DNA of 53,072 nt from Candidatus Woesearchaeota archaeon (GTDB taxonomy: Archaea; Nanobdellota; Nanobdellia; Pacearchaeales; GW2011-AR1): the NCBI GenBank assembly GCA_964598185.1, contig CAZRAT010000002.1, forward strand, positions 3,769 through 56,840. Direction: 5' to 3'. Positions 52,803 through 53,072 of the stretch are shown here, piece after piece. The notes below the pieces were generated by a model, which saw only the letters and a program-made list of their open reading frames with translations, had not been told where the DNA came from and ran no database searches. Made by a program: the position numbers and the translations under genes. The first letter of the stretch is position 1, and the number at the start of each line of letters is the position of its first letter.

Positions 52803-52965
52803 GAGATTAAGAGAAGTTCGACGAAGTCGAATTTGGGAAATTTCAGCAGGAAATTTCCTCTTAATCGCTGTTAAACGTCCCGACGACTGAAAGGAGGAGA
52901 GCCTGCAAGGCGGTATAGAGGATTTGCGTAGCAAACCGGAGACGTTTTTTCGGGGGCGTTACATT
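52803..52965 (+). ncRNA. candidate structured RNA (unclassified) downstream of cbf5
   Basis: GC-rich island with no ORF. Three-way junction (GATTAAGAG/CTCTTAATC enclosing TTCGAC-GAA-GTCGAA and GGAAATTTC-AGCAG-GAAATTTCC). A second domain is closed by AACGTCCC/GGGGGCGTT and followed by ACA. Confidence 0.3.
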
Positions 52966-52995
52966 AAAAGAACGAAGTGATACATCAAAGACAAC

Positions 52996-53072
52996 ATGAT
53001 AAAGGCGAACTACTATTTAGAACTTCCAAAATATAAATGGTTGGATAATATTGTTACTTTTTCAAATATAAG
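52996..53072 (+). CDS. 5-prime fragment of an unidentified ORF running off the window
   Basis: ATG at 52996, open to the window end (MIKANYYLELPKYKWLDNIVTFSNI). Confidence 0.25.
   Translation, partial: MIKANYYLELPKYKWLDNIVTFSNI

Overview
AT-rich (about 30% GC by eye) archaeal chromosome segment. The gene content fits a small-genome DPANN-type archaeon: proteasome alpha/beta, the exosome superoperon (Pop5, PsmA, SBDS, Rrp4, Rrp41, Rrp42, RpoK), Mre11-Rad50, aCPSF1, RNase J, RtcB with archease, Cbf5, the e-type ribosomal proteins S19e/L39e/L31e, form III RuBisCO, and a type IV pilus/archaellum-like locus. RNA genes stand out as GC-rich islands. They are a 16S - tRNA-Ala(UGC, intron-containing) - 23S operon with no 5S gene in the window, RNase P RNA, and tRNA-Phe. 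Most genes sit about 25 nt downstream of a strongly conserved GGAAGGTTTAWAWA-type BRE/TATA box, which implies leaderless mRNAs.

Main unusual observations:
1. A 48-49 nt GC-rich palindromic element is inserted in frame in three unrelated housekeeping genes (S2, L31e, Cbf5). Shorter, possibly related in-frame GC-rich insertions occur in enolase and in an NPPY methyltransferase.
2. The rRNA operon is colonised by promoter-bearing small-ORF cassettes. One lies in the tRNA-Ala/23S spacer, next to a degenerate copy of the tRNA 3-prime end. One lies inside a ~536 nt insertion in a 23S hairpin, and the two share a 27-nt block.
3. A ~620 bp gene of about 50% GC is wedged, with translational coupling, between the two single-domain T2SSF/FlaJ-like pilus membrane genes.
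4. The 23S peptidyl-transferase/exit-tunnel motifs deviate from universal consensus in a way that looks pairwise compensated.
5. A bacterial/eukaryal-type RRM protein gene is followed by 3 x 47 bp tandem hairpin repeats.

No CRISPR array, integrase or transposase was recognised. All family assignments come from motif reading by eye and recall; no database search was run.
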